The translations under genes and the position numbers were made by a program. Positions 1-13,057 of a DNA stretch of 64,000 nt are shown here, one piece after another. Within the stretch, counting starts at the first letter, position 1. Every line of letters begins with the position of its first letter. Source of the DNA: Isurus oxyrinchus (Eukaryota); contig JANJGN010000035.1 in NCBI GenBank assembly GCA_026770705.1, positions 14,198,001 to 14,262,000 of the forward strand, written 5' to 3'. The notes below the pieces were generated by a model, which was given only the letters and a program-made list of their open reading frames with translations, did not search any database and had not been told where the DNA came from.

Positions 1-40
1 TCCAGGTATTTTTGTTTTTGCTTTCTGATGTAATAGTACC

Positions 41-500
41 TTTCTGTATTTCTGCCGCAGTCTCATTCAGTGCTAACTATAACCCCTATTTTTGTTTACA
101 TCCACATGCTCTGAAACTATGCTTCGGATGGTCCACGTCCAACTCCTTTCTGTAACTTTCAGAGCAGACCCTATATCTGCCCAACACATTTCATTGATTT
201 CCCTGCATGGAATCCTGGATCGCTATCCTCCTCCTTGTCACGGTCTAACAACTGACAGGTCTTTTGCATCTATTTATAGCTGGGACGAATGTTCTCTCAC
301 TTGACAAGCAGTGAATTCCATCTTTCCCAGTCTCACCATATGATCCTGCTGCTTTGGAGCGTGTGGTTGTGTTAAGTGTGCGCTATCAGCTCAAGTTGCT
401 TCTAGCTGTTTAAAACATTCAACTCTAGTCCACATTGCCCATTAGCGTCTGGAAATTACTATAGTCAGAAAACTTGTATATATTGCTCTCTCTTCGTCCA
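41..500 (+). pseudogene. LRR pseudo-exon remnant
   Basis: FLYFCRSLI, QTLYLPN, STLPISVWKLL*SENLYI; homologous to 40045-40490. Confidence 0.55.
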
Positions 501-928
501 ATGCACCCTCGACAAATGCCGCAACAAGCTGACACCTCATCACAGATCAGTGGGAGTTATATCAGGGCATATCACGTGAAGAATCAAACAGGAGAAGTAA
601 AAGGGATTCATGGTTTAGGAAATTTGACTTCATTATAAACACAATCAATCAAGTGAATTGGATATTTACACTTTTCGGTCCAGTTTATCTTTGTGAGAGC
701 CTCCAGCTCATTACAGGAGCGGAAATGAATAGACACCATGTGAGTATATCCTTATTTTAATGTGATGAATCAAAACCTTTGAGCTCCAGAAGTACTGTTT
801 TCATGATAAATTCTGTAATGCAGAGGAAACCACAATTTGATTTCTTGCACACAGGCCTGGTCAAAAAAGTATAGAGGGATCGGGGAAGTGATTCAAAGGC
901 TGATACCAGAAATTAATTCACTTTTCAG

Positions 929-1277
929 GCGTTTTTTCCAAAGTATACTAATGGCCGCATTTTGGCAAATTCTGTGAACACAAATAAAACTGTCTCACTA
1001 TTAAAACATTGCAACTCGAATTGACTGGAATTTCTATGGCTTTCGCTCCGTGCACCAAATGTATTTTCGGCCAAGAGTCCAATGGCTTTGTGTGAAATAT
1101 CATGGACAGATATCAATATTAATTGCTGCTTACTCTCCCAAGCTGTGGGCCTGTCTGCTGGCGAATTTTACCAGTGTCTTTGTTCTTGTGGTGGATGTGT
1201 ACCTGTGTCACTTCAAGCTCTGTATTTGGCCTGGGAAATACGCTTTCTCAGGCATTCAAAGTAATTTTGCCGTTTAG
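929..1277 (+). pseudogene. SRCR domain pseudo-exon
   Basis: CTTTTCAG acceptor and GTGAGT donor. Frame-shifted motifs FGKFC, FGQES, ISWTDININC, PKLWAC, AFKVI/FC fit the SRCR consensus (WGTVC..FGQGSGPIWLDDVNC..LW.C..DAGVIC). Confidence 0.7.
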
Positions 1278-2024
1278 GTGAGTACACAATAAAATCCTCA
1301 AATGCGGCTGACCTACGCGAATCAGCAAAGGCAGTTCCAGCACGTATTTGCTTTATTTTATATAGACTGAACGAGAATGGACAGTATGGAGGGTGCTTGC
1401 TCCCATGTTACTGTCCCAAACCAACCTCCGTCCACCTAATCACCTGAGCCTGGCGGTGGAAGAAAAAACAATTTGCCTGAGATGCTTAACCTGGTGAAGC
1501 ACCCTCTGCTGCTCCACAGAAATGTTAACAGCCAAAGCTCACAGCCAGACACAGAGAGAGATATAAGGTTTGGAAGACAAAAAGGTGGCAAAAGAAAAGG
1601 GCTGAGGAGCACGTTTGGCTATAAGGCTGCGGAGCAGGCTGGTGCAAATTGATATTTGGGCAGAGGTGTTTTCTTCCGTTTCAAATTCAGTAAAGGGTGA
1701 AATCAATCATGTTGGCCTAGAGACCGCAAGAATAGTCAAAAATGAGATACCAGGTACTGATGAGAGTTTTCCCGCCCAACTACATAATTGCCACGCAAAG
1801 GCACACAGAAACCAATTAGACATGCTAAGCACGCCATGCTTAAATAACTCCCAGCAAACACATCCCCAACAAGCCACGCTCCCGGAACATGTCAGAGCCA
1901 TTTACCAGTGACAATCTCTTATTTCTCGTTTTGGATTGACCCAATAGGTGGCAAATGCATTACCCTGATTCTGCCTGCTGTAATATTCACTATTTTCTAA
2001 ATATCTGTTTTATTCGCCGTTCAG

Positions 2025-2823
2025 ACTTCCGTTGTCTAATGGAAAACACCAGCCTAATCACTTGTAGGCATGATTAAATACGTTCTTCAGAATGCTCATA
2101 ACCAGCATCGTTGAACTGCCTGTTGGAGGCCAATTCATTCGTGTTTTTTTTCTTTACGTTGAGGCTATGTACATACGGATGATATAGGTGTGTTTATAAA
2201 TAGATCACAGTCAGCTGCCTGATGGTTAGAAAGCTAGCCTGATTTGCCACATGACATTTATTTATCGGCTCCCCTGACCACCCATTCTCAAATAGTGAGA
2301 CAATACGAGTAAATGACGCCCATATTATTAACTTTCCATGGAGGTCCATTAAATGGCGAATGGCGAAAACTGCCTTCCAATACAGTGATGCCCCAGATCA
2401 ATGCCCCTTTTTACCTGTTCACTTCCCCCATGTGTGACTATATTATCTGCCCAATAATATGGTATAATTTTCTTTGTGAATTGTGCTATTCCAGTTGGCA
2501 TGAGAAATCTCCGGACCAGAAGTCCTTTTCCTTATTTCCGATTGTCATTAACATGTAATTGCCCCGAGGTATCCTTATGGACTCCAATTTATCCTTTGGA
2601 ACCTAGTGCTTTTGGAGATATTCACATCAATGCCTGATTCGGTAATTGGGTGTAAGGCGCTGGGCAGAAATTCGAAGATTCAAGTCTATTAGTTTAGTGA
2701 TTAAACGGGACCTCTTAACATATAGTATTGAGCTGAATAGAAACACGGGACTTGAATCTATGCAGCACCTTTTCTGCCCATTAGGAAGCCCCTTACACGG
2801 AACGAAACTGTCTCCTGCTTATA
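2025..2823 (+). pseudogene. LRR pseudo-exons
   Basis: HNQ-IVELPVG (2097-2127), YLPNN, LEPSAFG (2596-2616), ELNRNTGLES. Confidence 0.65.
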
Positions 2824-2874
2824 GGTGTGTGATTATCACAAGCTGATATGTGATGTGTGTTGAGTAAGAGCTCG

Positions 2875-3582
2875 GAGGTTCAGCAGGATTTGGGTGTCCT
2901 TGTGCATGAATCACAAATGGTACAATAATTAATTAGGAAAGCTAATAGAATAAGATATTTTTTTAACAATTTTTTTATTACAAAAGTATGTTTCACATTT
3001 ACAGATCATGGGTGAGATCACAGCTGTAATACAGTGTACTGTTTTGGCCTCCTTATTTAAGTAAAGACATAAATACATAAGAGACATTTCAGAGAGGATT
3101 TGCTGGATTAATGCTAGGAGTGGATGCGTTATCTCATGTGAAAACGTTGGGCAGGTTAGACTTGTATCCGCTGGAATGCAGAAGCATAAGTAATAATCTG
3201 ATTGAAAGCTTGATGTTACTGAGGGGTCTTGACATCGTGGATGTGGTGAGGATGTTTCCTATTGTGGGATAATCTAGAACTAGATGGTCACTGTTTAAAA
3301 ATAAGTCATTGCTCATTTAAGACATTGATGGGAAGAAATATTCTGAGAGGTTGGTGTGTCTTTGGTATGCTCTTCCTCAAAATGCGGGTGAAAGCAGAGT
3401 CCTTGAATCTTGTAAAGGCAGAGCTGGATTGATCTTTTATTAAGGAAGGCCTAAATAGTTTCGGGGGTCGGTGGGAATTTGGGTTTGAGGTTACATTCAA
3501 GTCTGCCATGATCTTATTGATTATTGCAGCCGAATCCTGGGGCCAAGTCGCCGATTCCTATTTCTTTTCCAGGTGTTCCTAT
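2875..3582 (+). mobile_element. CR1-type LINE 3' fragment
   Basis: Degenerate RT C-terminal (DLGVLVH..RKAN..) followed by the typical CAGCCATGATCTTATTGA-like 3' UTR. Confidence 0.85.
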
Positions 3583-3699
3583 GGTCAGATCCATGAAAGC
3601 AAGAGTAAAGTGTTAACTTGGTGTGATAAAGTATATGGTAAAGTAATGTGTTAACTTTGTTAAAATGGTAAAGTGTTAATTTGCCCCTGTGACATAAAG

Positions 3700-4990
3700 C
3701 AGTGTGTGTCGACAGAGGATGAATGCTTTTCAGATATTAATGCATTCCCCAAGTATAAATTTTGGGTCAGTTGCTCTTTCCTAACTTCTTTAAATGAATG
3801 AGATTATGGTGTATGGAGCAACTTGATAAAATATGTAGCCAGTTCACAAATTGAAATTTGCTAGATATGGGCAACCGGGGTTGCTGACTCCAGATTGCAT
3901 AGACAGATAAGGAAATGGGGATAAGGAAGATGGAGGTGCCGGTACCCAACTTGGAAATTTGTTAGACATGGGCGACTGGCGTTGTTGACTTCAGATGGCA
4001 TAGACAGGGTTGAGAATTGGGTTGAAACGTGGTAGATGGACCTGAATGCTAGTAACTACAACGTTTAAAAAGGCGAATATGTCTGGGCAATGTACAATTA
4101 CCATTCTGAAAGGCGCAGGTGTGAAGAAAGGTCCTCCTGTCCATAAAGGCCAACCATATTTTTACTTTTAAGGCCCGCCCTTGTTCAAGGGGTTAAAGAG
4201 TCAAACTCATGTAGTCCACTCCTGGAAAAGACGGCAGATAGGCATTCCCTGAAGGACATTAGTGAACCGGATTGACCTTTAAGACAATCGGCAATGGATT
4301 CACCGTCATCAGCATCAGACTTCTAATTCCGATTTTTACTGAATTCAAATTTCACCATTTGCCGTGCAGAATCCATGTCCCCAGCACGTTACTCTGGGTC
4401 TCTGGAATACTCTTCTGTGGCAAAACCACGATGCACCATCTCTAAATGCAGTTACACAGTATGAAAACAGCTGAATGTGCTAGGACTTTATAAATAGCTA
4501 CCTGTGTATCAGCTGGAGCTTTTGTGGACAAATCTTCACATGATAATCTTGAAATACCTAATGGTATTAAAACCGGTATAGGGAAATTGTCCAGGCTTGT
4601 TGGTGGGCAATGGAACTCCGTTGTAAGGGGAGGCTATATTACAGCAAAGTCGCTTGCAACTGGTAGAAAAAAAATCATTTTGGAGTTGATTTATTAAAGC
4701 TTTCTAAGGTACTGGGAGGATTTGATGGAAGAGATAGAGAGCAGCAGCCCCCTCTAGTGACTAGGCAGATAGGTAAGAGGCATGGATTGAACATGTCTGG
4801 AGGTAGCTTGAGGGGAAATAAGCGTCATTTAGTTCAAACACGGCTTTCTGAATCTGGGACGTTGTAAATGGAAAAAAAGAGTCTGGAAATAGCTTACTGA
4901 AATAACTTTAAAAGGAAACTAGACAGTCTGTCGAGAATGAAAACTTGACAGATTAAAAGAGAAAAAAGGATGGGGAGGAGATGTGGTACA
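3700..4990 (+). mobile_element. Old CR1 fragment interrupted by a SINE
   Basis: W..RW.M motifs, then LYK..QLE...GDL..; split at ~4150-4445. Confidence 0.6.
4150..4445 (-). mobile_element. tRNA-head SINE (elasmobranch type)
   Basis: CCCTGAAGGACATTAGTGAACC and GAATTCAAATTTCACCAT body shared with other copies in the window. Confidence 0.8.
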
Positions 4991-5014
4991 CACAATCATC
5001 GTTTTGCTTCAAGA

Positions 5015-5251
5015 GTTCAGTACACAAGGAATAGGCGAATGTTCTGTCCATGTCAAAACCAGACCCGCATGGACAGCAGCAGGTAGAGGACATTTGAACA
5101 GTTTCTGAGCCAAGGCTATGCTTAATATAATTATATCACGGCACAAGCGTGTAATGAAAGATCTGGTAGTCAGTGTTATATATGGGGCTCTGGGGAACCG
5201 CATTTCAGCTTGAATGCCGGCTCCCATTAGCTCGTAAACCAGACCAGACAG
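5015..5251 (+). pseudogene. LRR pseudo-exon
   Basis: GNRISA-LNAGS..TR (5193 onward), followed by AG|GT. Confidence 0.55.
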
Positions 5252-5654
5252 GTGATATAATCGCTTACTTTTGAAATTCTCACATTGCTAATGTTTTTTT
5301 TAGTAAAATGACCACTCCGTTTATGTCAATGTCCGTATAAATAAAATAAACTTATTTATGAAATGCCACCTTCTGGACTCGTGATTTTGCAAAACTTTCA
5401 CTCGGTAAATGAGTTATGTTTATATTGTGACTCAGGGTGAGACGTTTGCCAACATCCTAGAGATACTCTCATGTTTCTGAGCATGGTGTTCCCCACTCTA
5501 GAATTGTTACATATATATATATGTATGTATATATTCCCATATATTGACATACATATCTTATCTAAACATTGTTTGAATTGACATGTTTTGGAAAATTCCA
5601 TTCATACTCTAAATATATCACTATCATTTGCATGAAATCCCGTGCGAGCTCCAC

Positions 5655-6380
5655 AGAAGTACAGAGGATCAAAGTTAACTTGGTGTCCATGCCCATAGAT
5701 CACTGAAGGCAGCAGCGCACCTGAATAAGGTGGTGAAGAACGCAGATGGGATACTTGCCTTTCTGGTCCACAGCATAGAATATAAGAGCAGGGACATTAT
5801 GCTGGACCTGAACAAACACTAGTTAAGCCCCATTTGGAGTGCTGTGTGCAGTTCTGGCAGCCACGCGAAAGGAATGATGTGATTGCACTGGAGAGGGTAC
5901 AGCCGACATTCACCTGGATGTTGCCTGCTCTGGAGCGTTTCAGCCACGAAGAGAGCTCGGATAGGTTTGTTTGTCTTCCTTAGTGCGGAGAAGACTGAGG
6001 CGGTTCTTAAAAGAGGTATACAAAATTATGAGGGGCATGGATAAGGTAGATAGGAAGAAAACATGCCCCATCAGCAGTGGTGTCAATAAAAAGGGGGCAT
6101 ACACTTAAGGTAAGGGTCAGGAGGTTTAGAGTAGATAAGAAGATGTATTTTGAAGCTTAAATTTGGGGGATATCGGAAACTCAATACTTGAGGGGGTGGT
6201 AGATGCAGGAACTCTCACAGCATGTAAGAAGTATTTAGATGAGCACTAGAAATGGGTTTGCACATGGGGCTACGAGCCTGGAGCTGAGGGAAGGGATTAG
6301 AATAGACATGTACTTGAAGGATGGCAAGGACATCATAGGCCGAAGGGCCAGGTTTTGTGCTTAACTCTATGACCCAATGA
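5655..6380 (+). mobile_element. CR1-type LINE 3' fragment
   Basis: LGVH..SLKAA..KVVK..GILAF..IEYKSRD..LECCVQFW; CTCTATGAC tail. Confidence 0.9.
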
Positions 6381-6429
6381 CAGTTTTTGTGAACCGTTTT
6401 GAGATCAATTCCTATTCCATACACAACTG

Positions 6430-6760
6430 CACAATGAGTCCGATCTTCAGGAAATCAGTTCTCAAACACCCATCCCCTAGGAACGGGCCTGTCACAATGT
6501 GATGCCGGCAGCACCCTCTAGTCCGCTCTTCATTAGCAGAGCAGGAGGTCCAGCGTGAGAAAATTGGCCGCTGTTGCAATCGAGTTCAGTTCATGGCTGT
6601 CTTTGCATTTATAGTGTCCAAGAACGCAAGTTGCTGACTGAAACTGAAGCAACGTAACCTACAGACTAAAGGGACTAAGTGGAACTCACCAACTAAACCT
6701 AAACGGATAAGAGGAAGCCATCATTCCCTTCATTACAGTGCTGGCTCTCTGAAATATATC
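6430..6760 (+). pseudogene. LRR remnant
   Basis: NRVQFMAVFAF, GLSGTHQLNLNG, SLKYIY. Confidence 0.5.
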
Positions 6761-7121
6761 TACAATTAATTCGTGTTCCCAATATATTTTCTCATGGACC
6801 CTCAAATAATTAATCAATGCTAATTTGAAGGTTAATATTGAAAGTTCTTCCACCAGCATTTCAAACCATTGAAAACTTTTTGCTCGTCTTCTGTTTGACT
6901 CTTCACCCAAGTGCAAATTATTCCCCTCGCCCCTTTCGTTCTCCCCTCCCCTAAGTTGCTATCTCTCTAATCAATGATATATTTACTAAAATATCATTCT
7001 GTGCTTCTTCATTTTATCCGATCTATCACTAACAAGCCTCTGATTCCATCCTCTTCCCAAAACCGTTCTTTAGAACCGCAGCCGCATATCTTCACCTCTC
7101 CTCGTTGTTACCCATCCCCTT

Positions 7122-9135
7122 GTGCACACTCATACACCCATCCGCTTTGAAGACATTCTCAAGTTCGAATTCCCACGTGTTGCATTTTTAAAACGAGGTT
7201 TGTTAGAAAACAACTTCAAAACTCTGGGCGAGTACACTTGGCAGAAACTGCTTCGGACCAACCACGCCCAGGATACACGCAAACAGGGGAAAGCCCGTGC
7301 TCAACACTCCCCCTCGCTGGTTCTCTGGCCTTTACCCGTCAGCCCACATTTCTCCATCAATACAACACAATGTCTATGTTTCAAACTACGCCCTTCCCTG
7401 TAAAGGATCTACAACATCGTGAGGCCTTGGGAGGCCATATGTTAATTAAGAACAAATTCCTATTGACCTCGATTTTACCTTCTATATTGACTGCATCTTC
7501 ATGGAATACAGCAGTTTGCCTTCCTTTCTCTTTCAGTGATTAAAACCACCATGTCCATCCACAAACACATGAAATCTTCGGATGTTTAAAAGCAAACCCG
7601 CACTGTGCCATTTCTCTCCTGACTTGTGTCCTTCCATCTGCTCCCTCAATGCGCCTCTCTGAACTACACTACTGGATGTGTATACAGTTTGAGTATTAAA
7701 AGCACCAGTCAATGTAATTGAGATCTCGCAAGCCAATGTCCCCTGAACTGTTATGCCCAAATCTCACCAAAGGATTCAGTGTGAACCAGAAAGGTTCAGA
7801 ATACCAGGCATTCTGGCACAGACTTTTCCATTTATAAATCAGTGAAACCGAATTACGGACAAATAGAAAAACAAAACATAGGAAGGTCTGAGTTACCTTT
7901 CAGCCCATGTGCCGAATTGCACTGTTGGGCTTAAACCTTTTCCTCACTTATAGACCCAAGGAACTACATTGGACTGCGTGAGCAAGCCCCCAGACCGAAG
8001 GAATGATCGATTTCTATTACTAAGCACGCTGCACAGGTAAGCCCGGGGAAGGGGACAATGCCTAGCATTTGATTGGACACGTTGTCCGATCCAATCGATT
8101 TATTACAAGGTTACAGTTGTCAGAATTTACAAAGTTTCTCGGAATTTGCTTTCACCCTTTCATGGAAACTGGAACACAGTTTCTCACAATCAACTAACAA
8201 CAAAAAAAATGACATAGTTTTCCGACTCACTAACCGTGATATCTTTCCATGATTCACATCACCTCCAACGTTCTAAAGATCCAAAGCAAGAAAGTGAGAG
8301 AGACAGTAGTTGTCACATCTCCTTTGAGAGAGCCACTCATTTGTTGGGTGAAAGCCCAGATAAAGGGAGGCAGTTGAGCTGTGCGGGAAGGGAATGATCT
8401 GTAGAGGGCCGATTGCAACTGGAGAATGTGAGGACAGGAGGTGTCTGTTATGAGGCCGCTGAGAGCGAAGGGGCGGTTGGACAGACTCTGAGGGACCTCA
8501 GATAACTTAGTCTTTACAATACCTGACATTGGAACTAAGAGTGCCCGGTTCGGTTGCTGCTTTTCCACTTCCCATGAGGCGAAGCGAAATATATCCTGCT
8601 GCCATCTTCTGCTGCTTGAACAATAGCTGAGATTGAGCCGACCCACAACGAAATAGTCCTCCCTTCAGAAGCCGTTGAAACACCAGCGGTACCTCGATCA
8701 GAACAGCATTCCTGCTGCTGCATTCAACAGAATGGGAGCCATAGTATTCACATTTTATCGTATTTAGAAGCAAGGAACCTCTATTCAATTACCTGTTCCT
8801 GCTGACTATCGAAGGCAAATATTATTCTAAAGGGCACACTGACTGCTATCGGTCAGAATACCAGGGGCAAATGCAGCAGCTGGTGGCCGTCTCGGCTTCT
8901 CCAATGTTATGTAACTCCACAGTTAATTTCCTACCTGACTCGCACCTTCCTTAGTTGCCCTACAATCCCCTGATTCTCACAGGATCCAGAGAAATTATCA
9001 GCTTCGATCCCGAATTATGATGATCCTGGACGCACATTCTCCTGTGTCAAGAATTTAAAAGCTTCACAGGCACATGTACGCTGGGACATCCGCCTTGAAT
9101 CAAATTTCTCATTCACATTGTCATTGAGCATACGT
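7122..9135 (+). pseudogene. Long LRR array remnant (at least two exons)
   Basis: LLENNFKTLG, STLP..WFSGL, NRITD..KT*EGLSYLS (7846-7902), donor GTAAGC at 8037, PAAIFCCLNN, THNEIVLPSEA (8641-8673), YLDQNSIPAAAFNRM (8690-8734), PGRTFSCVKNLK. Confidence 0.72.
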
Positions 9136-9500
9136 CCTCCCTTCTTCCCCCTCTCCACTCCGTTCCACCTCACCTCCTCCAAAATCCACTCCACCTCACC
9201 CCCAGTACCTTCAACAGCACCTTCCCCTCCCCTCCCCCTCGCCCTTCCACCTCACCATTCCAAGAATCCACTCTCCGCCTCCTCATACACTCCCCTCCTA
9301 AAACTCCCCACCTGTTCCCCGACCACCACTCCACCTCCATCTCCACCTCATCCCGTCCACCCATTCCTCTCAATCTCCACATTCCATGCACACCCTCTCC
9401 CCTTCCCCATATTTTCACGGTGTCCCCTACCATGGCCATACTAGCCCTCTTCCCATAGCCTCCACTCTGTACATGCCAGCTGCTCCACCTCTCCATCTCC
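9135..9500. repeat. C/T-rich low-complexity tract
   Basis: Runs of CCTC/CCAC, very few G. Confidence 0.85.
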
Positions 9501-9502
9501 AG

Positions 9503-9700
9503 CCCTCGATCAGTGCAGCGAAATTCATTGATAAAATGGATCAGTTGTTTAAAGAGCCTGTTCAATAGACAGGAGATGCCGAGAGAGTGCCTCTCAACTT
9601 ATCTCAGAATGATCGCTTTCAATATTCCCCCAAAGGGGAGAGCATCAGCAGTTGATGTGCAAAGTTTTAGTTGAGACAAAGCTTCGAGAGTGTGCCATCT
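9503..9700 (+). pseudogene. LRR pseudo-exon remnant
   Basis: KSLFN, LNLSQN; homologous to 50740-50970. Confidence 0.45.
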
Positions 9701-10035
9701 TTTGATTTTGTGAGATTTTGACTCTTTTGATGATCTGCTCCTATCACTGCTTGCTTTTCCCGACAGCAACAACCCCCCATACACTTCTCTCTCCCCACCC
9801 CACCCCCACACCCCGCACCGCCCCCCCCCCCCCCCCCCACCTTAAACCATCTTATATTTCACCCTTCTCCTTGTAAAGAAAAACCTGTTCTGTTGAAGGG
9901 TCATGAGGAGTCGTAACGTCAACTCTTTCCTTCTCCGCCAATTTTGCCAGACCTCCTGAGTTATTCCACGTAATTCAGTTTTTTTATTTTGGATTTCCAG
10001 CATCCGCAGTTTTTTGTTTTTATTTTTGTTTTTAT
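9700..10035 (+). mobile_element. Penelope-like element terminal repeat (copy A only)
   Basis: CTGTTGAAGGGTCATGAGGAGTCGTAACGTC..GCCAGACCTCCTGAG..TTTCCAGCATCCGCAG. Confidence 0.75.
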
Positions 10036-10499
10036 CTTCGAGATTGTGTGGTCAGTAGAGGGTAATAACTCAAACTGGTCCACGGTAATTATTTTCGCAC
10101 AATATAACTGGTGGGCTGCAGTGGTTCAAGAAGGCAGCTCAACACTAACCTTCTCAAGAGCGACTAGGATTGGACAATATCTGTTAGCTCAGCTAGCAAA
10201 GCTCACATCTCATAAATGAATGAAAAATACTTAATAGTATACCGGTTGTACAGATTTTAGAAGTTATATTTACCGACCAGTTAGTGACGGGAATTGAGAA
10301 AGAGCCACCCCCCACTCTATCCCCCACAAGGATGATCTGCATGATCATTATGAGTACATTCGACGTAAAAGCGACGGGATGGTGGTGAGGAGGAAGGATA
10401 ATATATGAGCGTATTGTAATTTTAAATCAGTTAACTGCCGAAGGACATGTCATTGCCACAATTTAAAGAGTGACACCCAAACTGCCTTTTTACTTTCAA

Positions 10500-10670
10500 G
10501 GTCGGTGACATCACACTTTCCCACCTCCAAGAACAAATTACATCTTTGTCTTCACCTGAAATCCACACCTCCTTCAGTTTCTAATTTCCTCATGTTATTT
10601 CTGATGATACATGTCACTCCTGATTTAACGTCAGCCTTCAAATCATGGAGGCTCCAACGCAAGACTTCTT
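10500..10670 (+). pseudogene. LRR pseudo-exon remnant
   Basis: SKNK/ITSLS, SAFKS; followed by a SINE in both copies. Confidence 0.45.
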
Positions 10671-10679
10671 ACTATGCAA

Positions 10680-10950
10680 CTAATCTAGCACACAGAACTA
10701 TTTTGTTTTTGGGATACCGTGCCAAATCCGACCACAGCAGATAGCTCAATTTGGAATTTAAAATCTAATGATGGCATTGAAACCAGTGCCACAAAAACCT
10801 ATCTGGTGCACTGGTGCCTTTTAGGCATGGAAATATGCTGTCCTCATCTCGCCTTGCCTACTTCTGCATCCAGGCCCACGATAGAATTTTGTTTGAAACT
10901 TAAACATGCCTCCTGAATAAGGTCAGGCTCTAAATGCTGACCTAGCCAAT
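10680..10950 (+). mobile_element. tRNA-head SINE
   Basis: AAAACCTATCTGGTGCACTGGTGCCTTTTAGG body; partner at 51590-51915. Confidence 0.7.
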
Positions 10951-11198
10951 GATACATAAGCTGTGAACAAATTCTAAAAACAGTTCTCACATCACATGCT
11001 ACCACTTTGACTATCGAATAATTGGTGCAGTGAGAAGTTTGATGAAGGACAAGCCAAAGAGAGGGAATGGGGATGCTGGTTTTGGAATGTTTTGTCAGCC
11101 GCGGATTTATTTGGAATGGAATGAGAAATAAAAGACCAGGTGTGTGCAATTCCTGTTGTGAGACATGCAAGAGCACGGTGCAGAAAAATGCACTCGAA

Positions 11199-11271
11199 GC
11201 CTGGATAACTCAGTTAGTAGAGCATCAGACTTTTAATCTGTTGGCCAAGTGTTCAGGTCCCTGTTCGGGTG
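11199..11271 (+). tRNA. TRK-TTT: tRNA-Lys(UUU), degenerate, probable pseudogene
   Basis: 73 nt with anticodon loop CTTTTAA; 11 differences from the canonical vertebrate tRNA-Lys3 (recalled), including G18A and A58G. Confidence 0.9.
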
Positions 11272-11389
11272 TTGCTGTTTATCTTGTGAGCCTCAAGTCT
11301 GTCTGAAAAAGCACAGAGGTGAAAGGAGGTCAGTTTGAATGTGACTGTACAGTGTGTGCTTTGCCAGAGGTCTGTTAAATCATTTTTCC

Positions 11390-11490
11390 CTCTTTTGAAG
11401 GGTCAGAGGGAATCGAAACATTAACTCTGTTTCTCTCTCCACAGTTAAATTCTAGACCTGCTGAGTTTTAGCAGCATTTTCTGTTTTTGT
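11390..11490 (+). mobile_element. Penelope terminal repeat remnant
   Basis: TGAAGGGTCAGAGGGAATCGAAACATTAACTCTGTTTCTCTCTCCACAG..GACCTGCTGAG. Confidence 0.75.
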
Positions 11491-11589
11491 TGTCTTTGAG
11501 TTGCATTGTTGCCTCATCAGCAGTGTAACTGTAAGTCAGATTAATTTGTGGACTTTCGTAGTTAGTACAGTAGTAATTTTGTGTTTTAA

Positions 11590-12975
11590 CATTTTCTTGC
11601 AGTAAATTGTCTTCAGTTTTAGTTTTATAGAAGAAAAGACTCTTGAAAATCAGTGGTCTTATTACCACTGACATGAAATCCTGCATCTTATAAATTTCAA
11701 TTATGCCTTGTCACAGTTGTTTCAAGTTTCACTCTGAGATTTGAATAACTCAGCATTTGTCTTCATCTGTGTCGTAATAACTGTCGAAATTTTAAGCCAC
11801 CCATGAAACGCTAAAAAGCAAATATTTCCATCCGAGTTTTCTTACTGACCCCAACTGATGCACATTTAGAGCCACATTTTTTAAACATTGTCTCAGTTTC
11901 AGCAGCTTCAATGGTTTGCTTTCTCTTTCAGAATGTCGTTAGGCGTTTTGCCCTGGCGCCATTTTTTTAGCTTTTGGAGTTGGCTTTGATTGGTCGAGTT
12001 ATGGTAACTCTTCAGGCTCGGGAAAAGGGAGTTTTCTCGATATGTAACCATGTTTTACACTAAAGGGAGAGGGATAGATCGAATAATCATTCGTCTGAGG
12101 CTAATAGGACGAAGCATTATGCAAATTGTGCTCCGAATAAACCCATTGAAAAGCGGAATGTTGCTGCTGAATCTGCAATTCTTGCACCCCAGGTTACGAC
12201 AATGCAGGTGGTGCTCTGAGGAATGTTTGAAAGAATATCAGAAACAGGGACAAGAGTAGCAACCCATTGACATTTATGACTGTTCCTGCTTTAAATATGT
12301 TCATGCCTTGTCTGGTATACACGTCACCCTCCTGAACTGTCCTCGTGTCCCTTTCTCCCTACAGGACACACCGAGATATTGAAAACTGCTTGAGTCAAAT
12401 GAGTGCTGTTCCACTGTGTGAAAAATGCAAAAGCTGCCGATTATAGGGCAATATTTCCAGGTCTCCTGTCAGAACAAAAGGGTATGAGGACCGTTCAGGA
12501 AGGTGACATTGAGATAGGTGATGAGCCATGACCATGTTGAATGTTGCAACAATCCTGAGTGTCAGCTGTTACTGCTCCTATTTGCGATGTTCTTACAGAA
12601 ACGGATCAGAGCGACAAGAAAGTTGCACTTACCTCGGAGTGGAAGGAGTGCACATTCCAATTTTTTAATGGGTTGATTGGGAAGACAATTTGCAAACTGC
12701 TGGTTCCGATTGCCAGAAATTAGTTCAAATGAAGAGCATACTAATGGAGATTTATTTGGTGTTAAAGTTGTGAAATCAGGAAAAGTTATACAGCCTGTCC
12801 TGTAGAACAGAAACGTCTAATACAATCAAAGGTCCAGTTAGGGAGCAGTGTTTGCAAAAGAACTCTAGTTGTAAATTTAAAAGAAATTGGCGGAAACACA
12901 TCACTCGCAATGGGGCACTTTGAGACGGATGGGAAATCCAACATCAGCTGTTTAAACTGGAGCCTTGAAAGCCAG
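11590..12975 (+). pseudogene. LRR remnants, interrupted by repeat fragments at ~12235-12620
   Basis: SFIEEKTLEN, LHLCRNN, QQLQWF, LGVLP, YGNS-LQAREKGVFS (12000-12039), LNLQFL, TYLGVEG, GNPTSAV*TGAL. Confidence 0.62.
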
Positions 12976-12984
12976 AGGGATTAC

Positions 12985-13057
12985 CAACCGAACAAGGATT
13001 CGAACCCTGGACATTCAGATTAAAAGAGTGATAATATACCGACTGGCCCAAAATAGT
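12985..13057 (-). pseudogene. TRK-TTT: tRNA-Lys(UUU) pseudogene, 5' end decayed
   Basis: CCGAACAAGGATTCGAACCCTGGACATTCAGATTAAAAGAGTGATAATATACCGACTG is the reverse complement of a tRNA-Lys3-like sequence. Confidence 0.85.

Noticed and set aside
4505-4570. SAGAFVD..LKYL as an LRR
   Set aside because: Better explained as a CR1 RT C-terminus in another frame
8540-8635. RFGCCF..ISCCHLL..LR resembling a GRL101/RXFP hinge
   Set aside because: Followed by more LRRs rather than a 7TM; the alternative frame gives the LRR motif PAAIF..LNN
8254-8646. 130-aa minus-strand ORF with a hydrophobic, GPI-like tail
   Set aside because: Stop in the copy B equivalent; no recognisable domain; overlaps + strand LRR remnants
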